NCBI GenBank assembly: GCA_050246755.1
Contig: JBFWVL010000001.1
Location: 1,152,001 to 1,216,000 of the forward strand
Reading direction: 5' to 3'
Origin: Bacteriovoracia bacterium
Lineage (GTDB): Bacteria > Bdellovibrionota > UBA1018 > CAIPTA01
DNA length: 64,000 bases
Below are positions 19,672 through 28,484 of this stretch, piece after piece; the first letter of the stretch is position 1, and each line of letters opens with the position of its first letter. Under the pieces are notes generated by a model. It made no database searches and was not told where the DNA came from. It was given only the letters and a program-made list of their open reading frames with translations. The translations under genes were made by a program, and so were the position numbers.

Positions 19672-20858
19672 CCCAGCAGATTTTAGTAAGAATCAGCGGA
19701 GTAGACGGACCGGGAATCACGGCCGCCATAACCGCTTGCATCGATAAAGACAAAGGCCGGTTACTTGACATCGAACAGTCGGTCACTCATGGCCTGCTCA
19801 GTTTAATGGTTCTCGTTTCACTCGAAGCAGATCAAGTAGCTCTCTTTGAGGCCAGCGTTCGCCAAGAGCTCAAGACCTTCAGCCTCGAGGTTCGCTTCGA
19901 TCGCATCGAAGGCGCTTATAACGTGGCCGATCCTGCCGAGCGCTTCGTGGTTACCGTAATCTCCGAAGAAGTTCCCGCAAAGTTCGTGGCCGACCTCACC
20001 TCTTCTCTCGCGGAAACCCAAACCAATATCGACACGATCCGCAAGCTTAGCTCGAGCGGACTTTCTACCATCGAATTAATCTGCAGCTCACGCGCGCGCC
20101 TGAATCTAGCCGAGGTAACTGAACGCCTGCTTGGCATCTCTTCCACCTTTCCTGGCGTAGACATCGCCATCCAGAAAGAAAATCTCTACCGCCGCTCAAA
20201 ACGCCTCGTGGTATTCGACATGGACTCCACCCTCATTCAGGGCGAAGTGGTGGACGAACTCGCCGAGTTACTCGGAAAAAAAGAAGAGGTCTCCGCTCTC
20301 ACTAAGCGGGCCATGGAAGGGCAGATGGACTTCCAAGAATCCCTTATCCGACGCGTCGGATTACTCAAGGGCCTCGCACGTAAAGATCTGGATTTCGTTT
20401 ATTCCAAAATTCAGTTAACCCCTGGCGCCGATCGTCTCGTAAAAGTACTCAAACGCCTCGGCTATCGCATTGCGATCATCAGCGGCGGATTTACCTACTT
20501 TGTGGAACGCCTAAAGAACGAGCTCAGCATTCACTACGCTTATGCCAACTCTCTCGAGCTGGAAAACGATATGGTAACCGGCCGCCTGCAAGGCCTCATT
20601 GTGGACGGGCGCCGCAAGGCCGATCTATTGGAATTATTGGCACAGCAAGAGGGAATTTCCCTCGACCAAGTGATTGCCGTGGGTGACGGCGCCAATGATA
20701 TGCAGATGCTGAAAAAAGCGGGGTTAGGTATCGCCTTTAACGCAAAAGCCTTCACCAAATCTATGGTCGGCACCTCTATTACTCATAAAAATATGGACTC
20801 GATCCTATATTTACTGGGAATAACGGACCACGAGATCAAAGAAATGGGCATCAAATAG
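19668..20858 (+). CDS. serB: Phosphoserine phosphatase (ACT-ACT-HAD)
   Basis: ACT 'ISGVDGPGIT'; HAD motifs 'FDMDSTLI', 'ISGGF', 'GDGAND'; overlaps the pcnB stop (ATGA). Confidence 0.95.
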   Translation: MTQQILVRISGVDGPGITAAITACIDKDKGRLLDIEQSVTHGLLSLMVLVSLEADQVALFEASVRQELKTFSLEVRFDRIEGAYNVADPAERFVVTVISEEVPAKFVADLTSSLAETQTNIDTIRKLSSSGLSTIELICSSRARLNLAEVTERLLGISSTFPGVDIAIQKENLYRRSKRLVVFDMDSTLIQGEVVDELAELLGKKEEVSALTKRAMEGQMDFQESLIRRVGLLKGLARKDLDFVYSKIQLTPGADRLVKVLKRLGYRIAIISGGFTYFVERLKNELSIHYAYANSLELENDMVTGRLQGLIVDGRRKADLLELLAQQEGISLDQVIAVGDGANDMQMLKKAGLGIAFNAKAFTKSMVGTSITHKNMDSILYLLGITDHEIKEMGIK

Positions 20859-21252
20859 AGCCTGTTTTAAAAGTGGGTTTACGAAAAACCCACCACCGCA
20901 CAGACTCTTGGCCTTCGCCCGAAAGAACCCCGCCTGCCACCAGTTCAAGATTCGGAAAGTGATAGTGGCAAAACCTTCCCACATCATTCCAAAAACTATC
21001 GCCCGCCGAACTAAACGTCTCCACGCAGCCTATATACTCGTTAGAAATACGTACCATTTCAGCACACAACCTAAGTAGGTCGCTAAGCGCCACGTGCACG
21101 AGAAGATCGCAGGTGTATACGAGGCGGAAATCACCGGAAGAAAACGGCAGCGAGCCCGCCCGTTCCTCCCATAATGGGCGACTAATTTCCAAGGCTCTCG
21201 CCGGTCTTTCACCAATAGCGGAAAACATTACCTCCATCACCGAATCCTTCAC
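20851..21252 (-). CDS. Hypothetical protein resembling the C-terminal half of a class I SAM methyltransferase
   Basis: 'AGSLPFSSGDFRLVYTCDLLVHV...LCAEMVRIS' resembles methyltransferase post-I/II motifs, but no GxGxG motif I is present. Confidence 0.45.
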   Translation of the reverse strand: MKDSVMEVMFSAIGERPARALEISRPLWEERAGSLPFSSGDFRLVYTCDLLVHVALSDLLRLCAEMVRISNEYIGCVETFSSAGDSFWNDVGRFCHYHFPNLELVAGGVLSGEGQESVRWWVFRKPTFKTGSI

Positions 21253-21632
21253 GTCTTCACCTCCTCTTCATTCTGCTTCTCCGCTCGTGGAGTAAGGCCC
21301 GTGATGGAAACGCGATAGAGCCCTTCAACTAATTTCTTTTCATCAAACACTTCGGATAAAAACGCGGCGGCACTATTAACCTCGTCCTGCCCGAGAAGAA
21401 GCGACTTAAAGCCAATACCCAATGCCTGCGCCAGTCTCGACACGGCGCGAAGGTCGTGAGGATTTTTTCCTTCAATCCAATTTTGGACCACCGAAGACCT
21501 TACGCCAGCAAGATCTCCCAATTGCTGCAAGGTGAGCCCTCGTTCAGCGATGATATTCGTTAAGATTTTCCCAAATGGAAGCGAGTTCGTTCCACTATTG
21601 CTTCGTCGCATATATCTATATTTAACCGGCAT
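21249..21632 (-). CDS. XRE-family helix-turn-helix transcriptional regulator
   Basis: 'ERGLTLQQLGDLAGVRSSVVQNWIEGKNP...RLAQALGIGFKSLLLG'. Confidence 0.85.
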   Translation of the reverse strand: MPVKYRYMRRSNSGTNSLPFGKILTNIIAERGLTLQQLGDLAGVRSSVVQNWIEGKNPHDLRAVSRLAQALGIGFKSLLLGQDEVNSAAAFLSEVFDEKKLVEGLYRVSITGLTPRAEKQNEEEVKT

Positions 21633-21840
21633 TTCATAGAATCGTATTATTTCCGCAATAGTGAAAATTTACGCTTTTACGTATAACCAAATTTCTCTTT
21701 CGCGTCGGAAGCATGCAGGAATGCCCGCTTCCGATGCAGAGACAAATTATGCGAAATAAAAAGGAATAATTTACGATGTTCGATTTACGACCCGAACCAG
21801 AAGGGAATTCGGACAAAGACAGCAACGAAATGCGAAAATC

Positions 21841-22341
21841 TTAAGGGGCGCTTTCATCCGACTTGTATTGCAGGAACAGCAAAAATAAAAAACCAAACGA
21901 GATCGCCACATCCGCCACGTTAAAGACCCCCGTGCGTAGGGAGCCAAACCCCATATGGACGTAATCCGTAACGCTGCCGCGGAAAATTCGATCAATTAAA
22001 TTTCCAACCCCACCGGAAATCACCAACGCGAACGCAATCATTGAGAGCCGGTGCTCGGCCGTTTTCCACATCCAGTAAACGCAGAAAAGCAGCATGGCCG
22101 ACGCGCCGAAAATAAACAATACGGACCGGGCTGCATCCGACAACTGTGCACCCAAACTCAAAAACGCGCCGCGATTTTCGGCGTACTCGATTTGCACGAA
22201 ACCGCTTAGGTAAGAATAGCCCGGTTGCCCGGCCAGATAATTGCGCGCGATTATCTTCACGATCTGATCGAGCGTGATCAAGCCCACGATGATGATCGCC
22301 GCTACGATCAGGTTCTTTTGCTTTATTTTTTCTCTATTCAT
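21841..22341 (-). CDS. lspA: Lipoprotein signal peptidase II
   Basis: 'LDQIVK', 'NRGAFLSL', 'GGVGNLIDRI', 'FNVADVAI'. Confidence 0.96.
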   Translation of the reverse strand: MNREKIKQKNLIVAAIIIVGLITLDQIVKIIARNYLAGQPGYSYLSGFVQIEYAENRGAFLSLGAQLSDAARSVLFIFGASAMLLFCVYWMWKTAEHRLSMIAFALVISGGVGNLIDRIFRGSVTDYVHMGFGSLRTGVFNVADVAISFGFLFLLFLQYKSDESAP

Positions 22342-22358
22342 GGTGCCCGAAAATTCAG

Positions 22359-23291
22359 TTATGCGCTTAAATCTAGCATGCGCTGAATCGGCACCAAAGC
22401 CCGGACCCGCAGATTTTCCGGTAAAATGATCTCGGGCCTCATCGTTTCAAGGCAGAGCGCGATCTTCTCCAGCGTATTTCTGCGCATATAAGGGCATTCG
22501 TTGCAGGCACAGTTTGCGTTCGGGGGAGAAGGAATGAAAATCTTCTCGGGGGCCGCCTTCTGCATCTGGTGCAAAATTCCGGCTTCCGTGACCACGATGA
22601 ACTTCTTCTTCTGGCTTTTCACTGAATAGTTCAGCAGCGCGGTGGTGGAGCCGATAAAATCGGCTTGGCGCAATACGGCCTCTTCGCATTCCGGGTGCGC
22701 AATCACTTCCGCATCGGGATGAGCCATTTTCAGCTGTAGCAATTTTTTCTCGGAAAAAGTCTCATGCACGATGCAGGCGCCCTGCCACAAAACCATATCG
22801 CGGCCGGTCTGCTGCATAACGTAGCGTCCTAGATTTTTATCCGGCGCGAAGATGATTTTCTTGTCCCGAGGAATCGAATTCACGATCTTCACCGCGTTCG
22901 AGCTCGTGCAGATATAATCGCTCTCAGCCTTCACGTCGGCCGTGCAATTGATATAGCTCACCACCACGTGGTCCGGATGCTGGGCCTTAAACTCCTTGAA
23001 TAAGCCTACTGGGCAGGAATCCGCGAGTGAGCAACCCGCCTCGAGATCAGGCAATAATACCGTGCGCGTAGGATTGAGAATTTTTGCCGTCTCGGCCATG
23101 AAATGCACGCCGGCAAACACGATCACGTCGGCATCCGTGGCGGCGGCTTCCTGAGACAGCCCAAGACTATCTCCGATATAATCCGCTACATCCTGAATGT
23201 CGGGGTCTTGGTAATAATGCGCGAGAATAACGGCATTCCGTTCTTTCTTGAGACGAGCAATCCTCGCAAAGAGATCCTCATGGCGCTTCAT
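22359..23291 (-). CDS. nadA: Quinolinate synthase
   Basis: 'ILAHYYQ', '[12 protein letters not shown]', 'AGCSLA', 'CIVH', 'AHPEC', 'CPYM'. Confidence 0.97.
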   Translation of the reverse strand: MKRHEDLFARIARLKKERNAVILAHYYQDPDIQDVADYIGDSLGLSQEAAATDADVIVFAGVHFMAETAKILNPTRTVLLPDLEAGCSLADSCPVGLFKEFKAQHPDHVVVSYINCTADVKAESDYICTSSNAVKIVNSIPRDKKIIFAPDKNLGRYVMQQTGRDMVLWQGACIVHETFSEKKLLQLKMAHPDAEVIAHPECEEAVLRQADFIGSTTALLNYSVKSQKKKFIVVTEAGILHQMQKAAPEKIFIPSPPNANCACNECPYMRRNTLEKIALCLETMRPEIILPENLRVRALVPIQRMLDLSA

Positions 23292-23300
23292 GGCTGAGAT

Positions 23301-23687
23301 CTACCATATCTGAACGGTCACACCAGTAGATTTCTGGATCTCCCGAAAGAGAGGATCCGAGCTCAGCAATACTGCCTCCTGGTCAATAGCGCACTGGACT
23401 ACATGGGCATCGCGCGCACTCAGGAATATGTTTTTTTCCGCTAACTGCGCCTTAAGTAAACCAGCCCTCTGCCAATGCTCCGGGTGAAGGTTCGCGATAG
23501 TCAGCGGGCCAAGCAGCTCCTGAAGAGATTTTCGGTCTTTCGGAGCTAGAGGATTTCCCAGGAGCTCTATCTCCACAAGCGGGGGCACTGCGATCGAACC
23601 GGCCTCAAGGGCGAGCTCCAGGGGAACGCAGTTCTCTTCGGAAAAATAGGCCAGCCAGGGAGTGGCGTCGGTGACGACTTTACTCAC
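23301..23687 (-). CDS. vapC: PIN-domain toxin (VapC-like)
   Basis: 128 aa; 'VVTDATPW', 'LVEIELL', 'RDAHVVQCA', 'LLSSDPLF' give the PIN acidic residues; lies downstream of a small antitoxin-like gene. Confidence 0.8.
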   Translation of the reverse strand: MSKVVTDATPWLAYFSEENCVPLELALEAGSIAVPPLVEIELLGNPLAPKDRKSLQELLGPLTIANLHPEHWQRAGLLKAQLAEKNIFLSARDAHVVQCAIDQEAVLLSSDPLFREIQKSTGVTVQIW

Positions 23688-23875
23688 TTTGCGCGGCCCT
23701 TATCTTCTCTGAGGGACACTTTCCCCCTTAGATATTGCGCTTTCTGCAGGGCGCCCCTTCTCACTATGCCCTCGAGCGCGAGCGTAAGCGTTTCGGTGAT
23801 TCCAAGACCGCAGGCTTTTTGCGCGTCTTGCAGAAGTGCTTCGGGAAGGTTGGCGGTGATGCGGCGGATCTTCAT
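23684..23875 (-). CDS. vapB: Antitoxin (VapB-like, RHH-type)
   Basis: 63 aa 'MKIRRITANLPEALLQDAQKACGLGITETLTLALE'; overlaps the PIN gene by 4 nt. Confidence 0.75.
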   Translation of the reverse strand: MKIRRITANLPEALLQDAQKACGLGITETLTLALEGIVRRGALQKAQYLRGKVSLREDKGRAK

Positions 23876-23915
23876 GGCTGCTGCGGTTTCCCACGTTAGG
23901 AAAGGCAAGTCAAAC

Positions 23916-23935
23916 GTTCATATGTGCGTATGAAC
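23916..23935. promoter_or_regulatory. Palindromic operator upstream of vapBC
   Basis: GTTCATA-tgtgcg-TATGAAC inverted repeat beside a TTGACT -35-like hexamer on the minus strand. Confidence 0.55.
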
Positions 23936-24092
23936 AGTTTGGCGATTTTGTATTGACCATAAGTTCTTCAAATTAAAATAAATTTAGTGTTTTTAATGGG
24001 TTACCTTTTATTTTTGGTGATTTTTCCTCGCACCGTAAAGCGCACTAGCACGTCTCTCAGCGGAGACACCTAAACAATTCAACCCCTTAGGC

Positions 24093-24107
24093 TGGCACCG
24101 AGGTTGC
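24093..24107 (+). promoter_or_regulatory. Sigma54 (-24/-12) promoter
   Basis: TGGCAC-cgagg-TTGC matches the TGGCAC-N5-TTGC consensus, 45 nt upstream of a small ORF with a GGAGG SD. Confidence 0.65.
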
Positions 24108-24151
24108 GATGATTGGGGCAAGAGTAGTTAAACGATCCGGGAGGACCTAAT

Positions 24152-24274
24152 ATGAAAAAATTCTTTTTGATCTTCGCTTTCGCCGCCTTCATCGCCGCCT
24201 CTGGATATGGCGTGGCTCAGTACGTGAACGCGAATGGCGTCACGGCTAAGGCTTGTAATTCGGGGTGCGAGTAA
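24152..24274 (+). CDS. Small (40 aa) secreted or membrane peptide with C-terminal CxxxC
   Basis: Below the ORF-track cutoff. MKKFFLIFAFAAFIAASGYGVAQYVNANGVTAKACNSGCE*; GGGAGG SD; signal-peptide-like N-terminus. Confidence 0.75.
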   Translation: MKKFFLIFAFAAFIAASGYGVAQYVNANGVTAKACNSGCE

Positions 24275-24275
24275 G

Positions 24276-26087
24276 CTAGCCAGTTTTTGCTAGCGTCAAA
24301 GCTCTATAAGAAACACCTTTGACGTCGATTTTGATCCAGTCATTTCCTAGAGTGGCTGGATCTAAATACTTTACTACCGACTCATGAAGCAAAACGGTTC
24401 CGGGCCTAGCGGCAGCCTCTAAACGAGAAGCTGCGTTCAATGGCTCTCCGAGAAACGATAGCTCGCTTCCCTTTAATTCCCCCCTCACCAAGCCGGCAGC
24501 CACACCTACCCTAAACTTAATCCCAACCGAATTTGAGCTTTCCATTACGAGATACTCAGCTCCCGCGACTGCCATTCTGACTTGGGCGCGCTTATTCTCG
24601 TCGTTTCCCAGTAAATCCCATGCGAGCAAAGCTCCGTCACCGCGGTCTGACAACTTTTGGGCACCAAACCGCTCGATGACTGGAGCCATTCTCGCCCTGA
24701 TATTATTGTGAAGCTCGCTTTTTCCCTGCTCGTCCATTTCCGACAGAAGTCTTGTATAGCCAACAGTATCAACTGCAATGGCCACCATCGGAATCTCTAA
24801 AGTAACTTGGTCAATTCCACTCGCCAAAAATCCAGAGAACCATTTTGGAATTAGTTTGTCAGCCCGCTGCGATCTACGCGAAGTGAATCTCATGTCCATC
24901 GAAGCGCTAATAGCGAGGCCCGCAAAAAGTCCAATATCCCAAAGTTCAGGATAAGGAATATATCTAAAGCTAAGGAGGGATCCCGCGCTAAGAAACCACC
25001 CCAAACTTCCGAGACCTAAAAACACGGCAAATGCGGCGATTTGGGCCCTTCGGTGAGCAAGCGGGCCCTCTAATTTTTTCAACGCAAACAAACATGCAAC
25101 CAACGTAGGAATTCCAACAGCAATTGGAAGCCATTTCCCCGCAAATTGGTATAGAGAAACCTCTAACTCGCGGCTAGAGATAACAAATGTTGCGCTCACA
25201 AATATTAGAGCCAGTGAACCGCCATAGATTCGAGCATATGTTCTATGAATCATCTTTAACCGCAGAATATCCGCGGTAACCCAAGGTAAAACGCAAATTG
25301 CAATAACCGTGGATAAAAATGTAACCGCATTTCTAAGAAAGAAGTCTGAATAGATTGGCAAAAATCTAGAATATGAAACGGATGCAACGGCCGAGCAAAG
25401 TACAAAAATCGAGAATGAAAAATACTCAGCTCTTTTCGGAGAAGAAATAAACAAAATCACGAAAAGAAAAAATAAACTGAATTTAAATGTCCCAAGTATG
25501 AGAGGTTTCACCCCGGAGTCGAAGCTGTAAAATTCGCGGAATATTTCGAACCCTCGGGCAGCTCCAATTGCCATTGGCTGCACATGCACTATGCCCGGGA
25601 AAAGGTGTTCAATTTTTTTAACCCTAACTCTGAGATTTACCGGCGTGGATCTTAGAATGTTCTGGGGAATTGTAATCAAAGAAAGTGAGGTTTTTTCGCC
25701 AGAGCCTATTTTCTCACCATTCCAGTAAATTTCGTGATCGCCCTTAATACTTCCCAAAAAAAGCGCCAGCGGTTCATTCGTTTCTACGAACCTTTCCGGA
25801 AGTGTGAAAGATTTTTGATACCAAAATTCATTTTTCAAATCCTCTCGCAGCTGTGGCCGCAACGGTTCCGGAACCTTCACCGTTTCCGAAAAACTCTCAA
25901 GCGGGCTCGAAAGCGCTATCGGGCCATTATGAAATTTCCATTCGCCCGATAAGCTAAGATCGCGCGGATCGCCGAGCGCGCCTTTGCGCATATTGAAATC
26001 GAATACCCAGCAAATCGCTACGATGGTAGCGAGAGCCGTAAGGCCGATCCCAATCCTCGCAAATAGTGAATTGTCCGCGGAGTTCAT
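24276..26087 (-). CDS. Membrane receptor class III nucleotide cyclase (periplasmic beta-sandwich, about 7 TM, cyclase domain)
   Basis: Periplasmic 'LSLSGEWKFH...WYQKSFTLP...IYWNGEKIG' (GH2 sugar-binding-like), several TM helices, and cyclase motifs 'DTVGYT', 'RGDG', 'FRVGVAAG', 'GEPLNAASRLE'. Confidence 0.85.
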   Translation of the reverse strand: MNSADNSLFARIGIGLTALATIVAICWVFDFNMRKGALGDPRDLSLSGEWKFHNGPIALSSPLESFSETVKVPEPLRPQLREDLKNEFWYQKSFTLPERFVETNEPLALFLGSIKGDHEIYWNGEKIGSGEKTSLSLITIPQNILRSTPVNLRVRVKKIEHLFPGIVHVQPMAIGAARGFEIFREFYSFDSGVKPLILGTFKFSLFFLFVILFISSPKRAEYFSFSIFVLCSAVASVSYSRFLPIYSDFFLRNAVTFLSTVIAICVLPWVTADILRLKMIHRTYARIYGGSLALIFVSATFVISSRELEVSLYQFAGKWLPIAVGIPTLVACLFALKKLEGPLAHRRAQIAAFAVFLGLGSLGWFLSAGSLLSFRYIPYPELWDIGLFAGLAISASMDMRFTSRRSQRADKLIPKWFSGFLASGIDQVTLEIPMVAIAVDTVGYTRLLSEMDEQGKSELHNNIRARMAPVIERFGAQKLSDRGDGALLAWDLLGNDENKRAQVRMAVAGAEYLVMESSNSVGIKFRVGVAAGLVRGELKGSELSFLGEPLNAASRLEAAARPGTVLLHESVVKYLDPATLGNDWIKIDVKGVSYRALTLAKTG

Positions 26088-26213
26088 CCCTAATATTTCG
26101 GCAACTTAGGGACGAAAGAGTACCCGGTGACGGGTGGCGAAGCGGGATGTCGTGATAATTTTTGCGGCGCCGCGAATTTTGTACGAATTTCGGACAGTGC
26201 AGACGAGAAAAAA

Positions 26214-26620
26214 GTGGTGGCGGAACTGTAAGCCGGGTTCTGTTCCCTTCTTGCGAAGAGCGACAACCATTCATCTAGGCCCACCGTTACCAGTGGGCTC
26301 GAGCGATCCTACCCGCGTGCACGGGCGAGTAGCCCTTAACGCACGCCTATTTGGTCTTGCTCCAGGCAGGGTTTACCGTGCCACGAATGTTACCACTCGC
26401 GCGGTGGGCTCTTACCCCACCCTTTCATCCTTACCGTCCTCCCGCGAGGGAGTCTTAGGCGGTTTGCTTTCTGTTGCACTGTCCGTAGAAGAAAACGAAA
26501 TCACGTGGTTCCCGTTTTCCCCTCCCGGCCGTTAGCCGGTGCCTTACTCTGCGGAGCCCGGACTTTCCTCCCCCTCACTCGGTTGCCCGGTGAGGCAGCG
26601 ATTGTCCGTTCCGCCACCAC
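26214..26620 (-). ncRNA. rnpB: RNase P RNA (bacterial type A)
   Basis: Minus strand has GAGGAAAGTCCGGGCT, AGTGCAACAGAAAGCAAACCGCC, GAGCAAGACCAAATAGG and ACAGAACCCGGCTTA, closed by the P1 helix GTGGTGGCGGAAC/GTTCCGCCACCAC. Confidence 0.97.
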
Positions 26621-26676
26621 GGAAGGTTCTAAGCGATAAGGACGCGGGGAATCAATGAAAATCGCCCTTGGGAAGC

Positions 26677-27105
26677 CTACATGCGGCTGATCAAGTAGAG
26701 CGTAGAGGTATTCTTTTCCGTAACCGCCATATCGTATTTACCGTCGGCACGGGTGCGGATTTCAAATTGTTTGTCCTCGGAACGCAGAGACATGTAGTTC
26801 GGCACGATCAGGGCGTTTTGCTCAAGAGCGAAGAAATTCGTGTCGCGGCCGGTGAAGCGGATGAGCAGGGTCGGCTCGAGACGAAGGTCTTCGAGGTTAG
26901 CCGGAAACGAGCCGCTGGCGTAGCGCGACCACATTACCTCGAGCGTATCTACGTCGATGCTCACGAATTGGCGCTCGGCGAGGGCCAAGCCACCTTCGGA
27001 GATAATTTGATAGCTGCCTTTGAAGTGGGACGACTTGAAGGCGTGCGCGTCGGTAACGGAGAAAAATAAGAATGAGCAGGCGATCGCGAGTAAAAACCTC
27101 TTCAT
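26677..27105 (-). CDS. Secreted hypothetical protein
   Basis: Signal peptide ending 'DAHA'; SD AGAGGA; overlaps the upstream gene by 4 nt. Confidence 0.7.
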   Translation of the reverse strand: MKRFLLAIACSFLFFSVTDAHAFKSSHFKGSYQIISEGGLALAERQFVSIDVDTLEVMWSRYASGSFPANLEDLRLEPTLLIRFTGRDTNFFALEQNALIVPNYMSLRSEDKQFEIRTRADGKYDMAVTEKNTSTLYLISRM

Positions 27106-27545
27106 GAAATTCCTCTTTTTTTAGGTTCGGGGCGGCGGAATGCCTTCTTGGCTTCTTCCGCGAGAAAAGCGGCGTTTTCGGGGGCTAGTTTTCCGCCTCG
27201 TTTGAGGCGAATCGAGCTCCAGATTTGCGCTACTTCCTCTCTTTCCGATTGTAAGTCCGGACCTCCCCTTCGGCCAGAACTCTTCCGAACTTCCGTCATA
27301 CCTTCCAGCGGGAAATTGGCGAGCACATCCACTTTTTCCTGTAAAAGCCGGCGTGCACGGCGGAGCCCGAAAAGCAGGGCGCTGAATTCGGCTTCTTCGC
27401 CCGACACGATACCGAGAAATTTTCTCGCCACGATTAGACGTTTGCCGTCGATCTGCAAAGCGCACACCCAGGCGCGCTTAGCGGGATTCCCGTTCGCCTC
27501 TACCCAGAGATTCACCGTGCAATCAGCCTTAAATTCCGAGATCAT
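27102..27545 (-). CDS. RNase HI-like protein, catalytically degenerate
   Basis: 'ANGNPAKRAW...FLGIVSGEEAEFSALLFGLRRA' aligns by eye to RNase HI 'DGasrGNPG...lG.aTNN.AEY.ALi.GL..A'; located just upstream of rnpB. Confidence 0.65.
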   Translation of the reverse strand: MISEFKADCTVNLWVEANGNPAKRAWVCALQIDGKRLIVARKFLGIVSGEEAEFSALLFGLRRARRLLQEKVDVLANFPLEGMTEVRKSSGRRGGPDLQSEREEVAQIWSSIRLKRGGKLAPENAAFLAEEAKKAFRRPEPKKRGIS

Positions 27546-27565
27546 TATCTATACTTAGACCATTT

Positions 27566-28375
27566 ATGGACGGATCGAAAACAAAGAAAAAAATCGCGAT
27601 TATCACGGGGGCCTCCTCGGGCCTCGGTGCGGAATTTGCGCTCCAAATTGAAGCATCTTTTTACCTGGACGAGGTTTGGCTTATTGCACGCCGCCAAGAG
27701 CCCATGCGTGACCTTGCTCGGCGATTCCAGAAATCGAAAGCGGTACTGATTTCCTACGATTTGTCCAATCGCAACGATCTCGTGAATTTCGAAAAGAAGC
27801 TCGAAGCGGAACAGCCGCAAATCGAGATTTTGGTAAATAACGCGGGATACGGCAAAATCGGTCCTGTGGCCGAGCTCGGAATGAACGAGCAGATGCAGAT
27901 GATCGACGTCAATGTGTACGCGCTTACTTACCTCACCAAAGCATCAATTCCCTTTATGGTGGCGGGCTCGAAAATCCTTCAGGTGGCTTCGAGCATCGGA
28001 TATTGCCCTGCGCCTTTCTTTGCGGTGTATGCTGCCACAAAAGCCTACGTGGTGAGCTTTAGTGAGGCGCTGGGGCATGAGCTTAAACCGAAGGGAATTC
28101 AAGTTTTGGCGGTTTGCCCAGGCCCGGTGGCCACGGAATTTTTCGATGAAGCGGTGAAGAACGATTACTTAAAGAAAAAAAATACTCCGGCCAAGCCATT
28201 CAATGAGATGGTTCGCGCAAGCGCCCACCAAGTGGTAGAAAAAGCATTGGCCGATTTGGGAAAAAGACGGCATCGCTCAATCTTCGGCTGGCAAATCCAG
28301 CTCTTCGTTTTCTTCCTTCCGTTCGTGCCCCAGGCACTGCTTTTCCGCGCCCTAGAAAAGCGCAATCAAACTTAG
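27566..28375 (+). CDS. Short-chain dehydrogenase/reductase
   Basis: 'ITGASSGLG', 'LVNNAGYG', 'YAATK'. Confidence 0.93.
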   Translation: MDGSKTKKKIAIITGASSGLGAEFALQIEASFYLDEVWLIARRQEPMRDLARRFQKSKAVLISYDLSNRNDLVNFEKKLEAEQPQIEILVNNAGYGKIGPVAELGMNEQMQMIDVNVYALTYLTKASIPFMVAGSKILQVASSIGYCPAPFFAVYAATKAYVVSFSEALGHELKPKGIQVLAVCPGPVATEFFDEAVKNDYLKKKNTPAKPFNEMVRASAHQVVEKALADLGKRRHRSIFGWQIQLFVFFLPFVPQALLFRALEKRNQT

Positions 28376-28484
28376 CTGAATTAGAAAAATACTTAATTAA
28401 TATCAATTAGTTGCGGCGAAAAATCCGGCGAGTAAACTTGGTTTTCTCTAGCGAATGCACTATAGTGCCGTCATTGGAGAATTT

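Noticed and set aside
26134-26535. 133-aa plus-strand ORF and neighbouring short ORFs
   Set aside because: They are antisense to or overlap the RNase P RNA gene, a well-known spurious translation.
28401-28413. IHF-consensus-like TATCAATTAGTTG upstream of arginase
   Set aside because: It matches WATCAANNNNTTR, but a single short degenerate site in AT-rich DNA is not enough to call.
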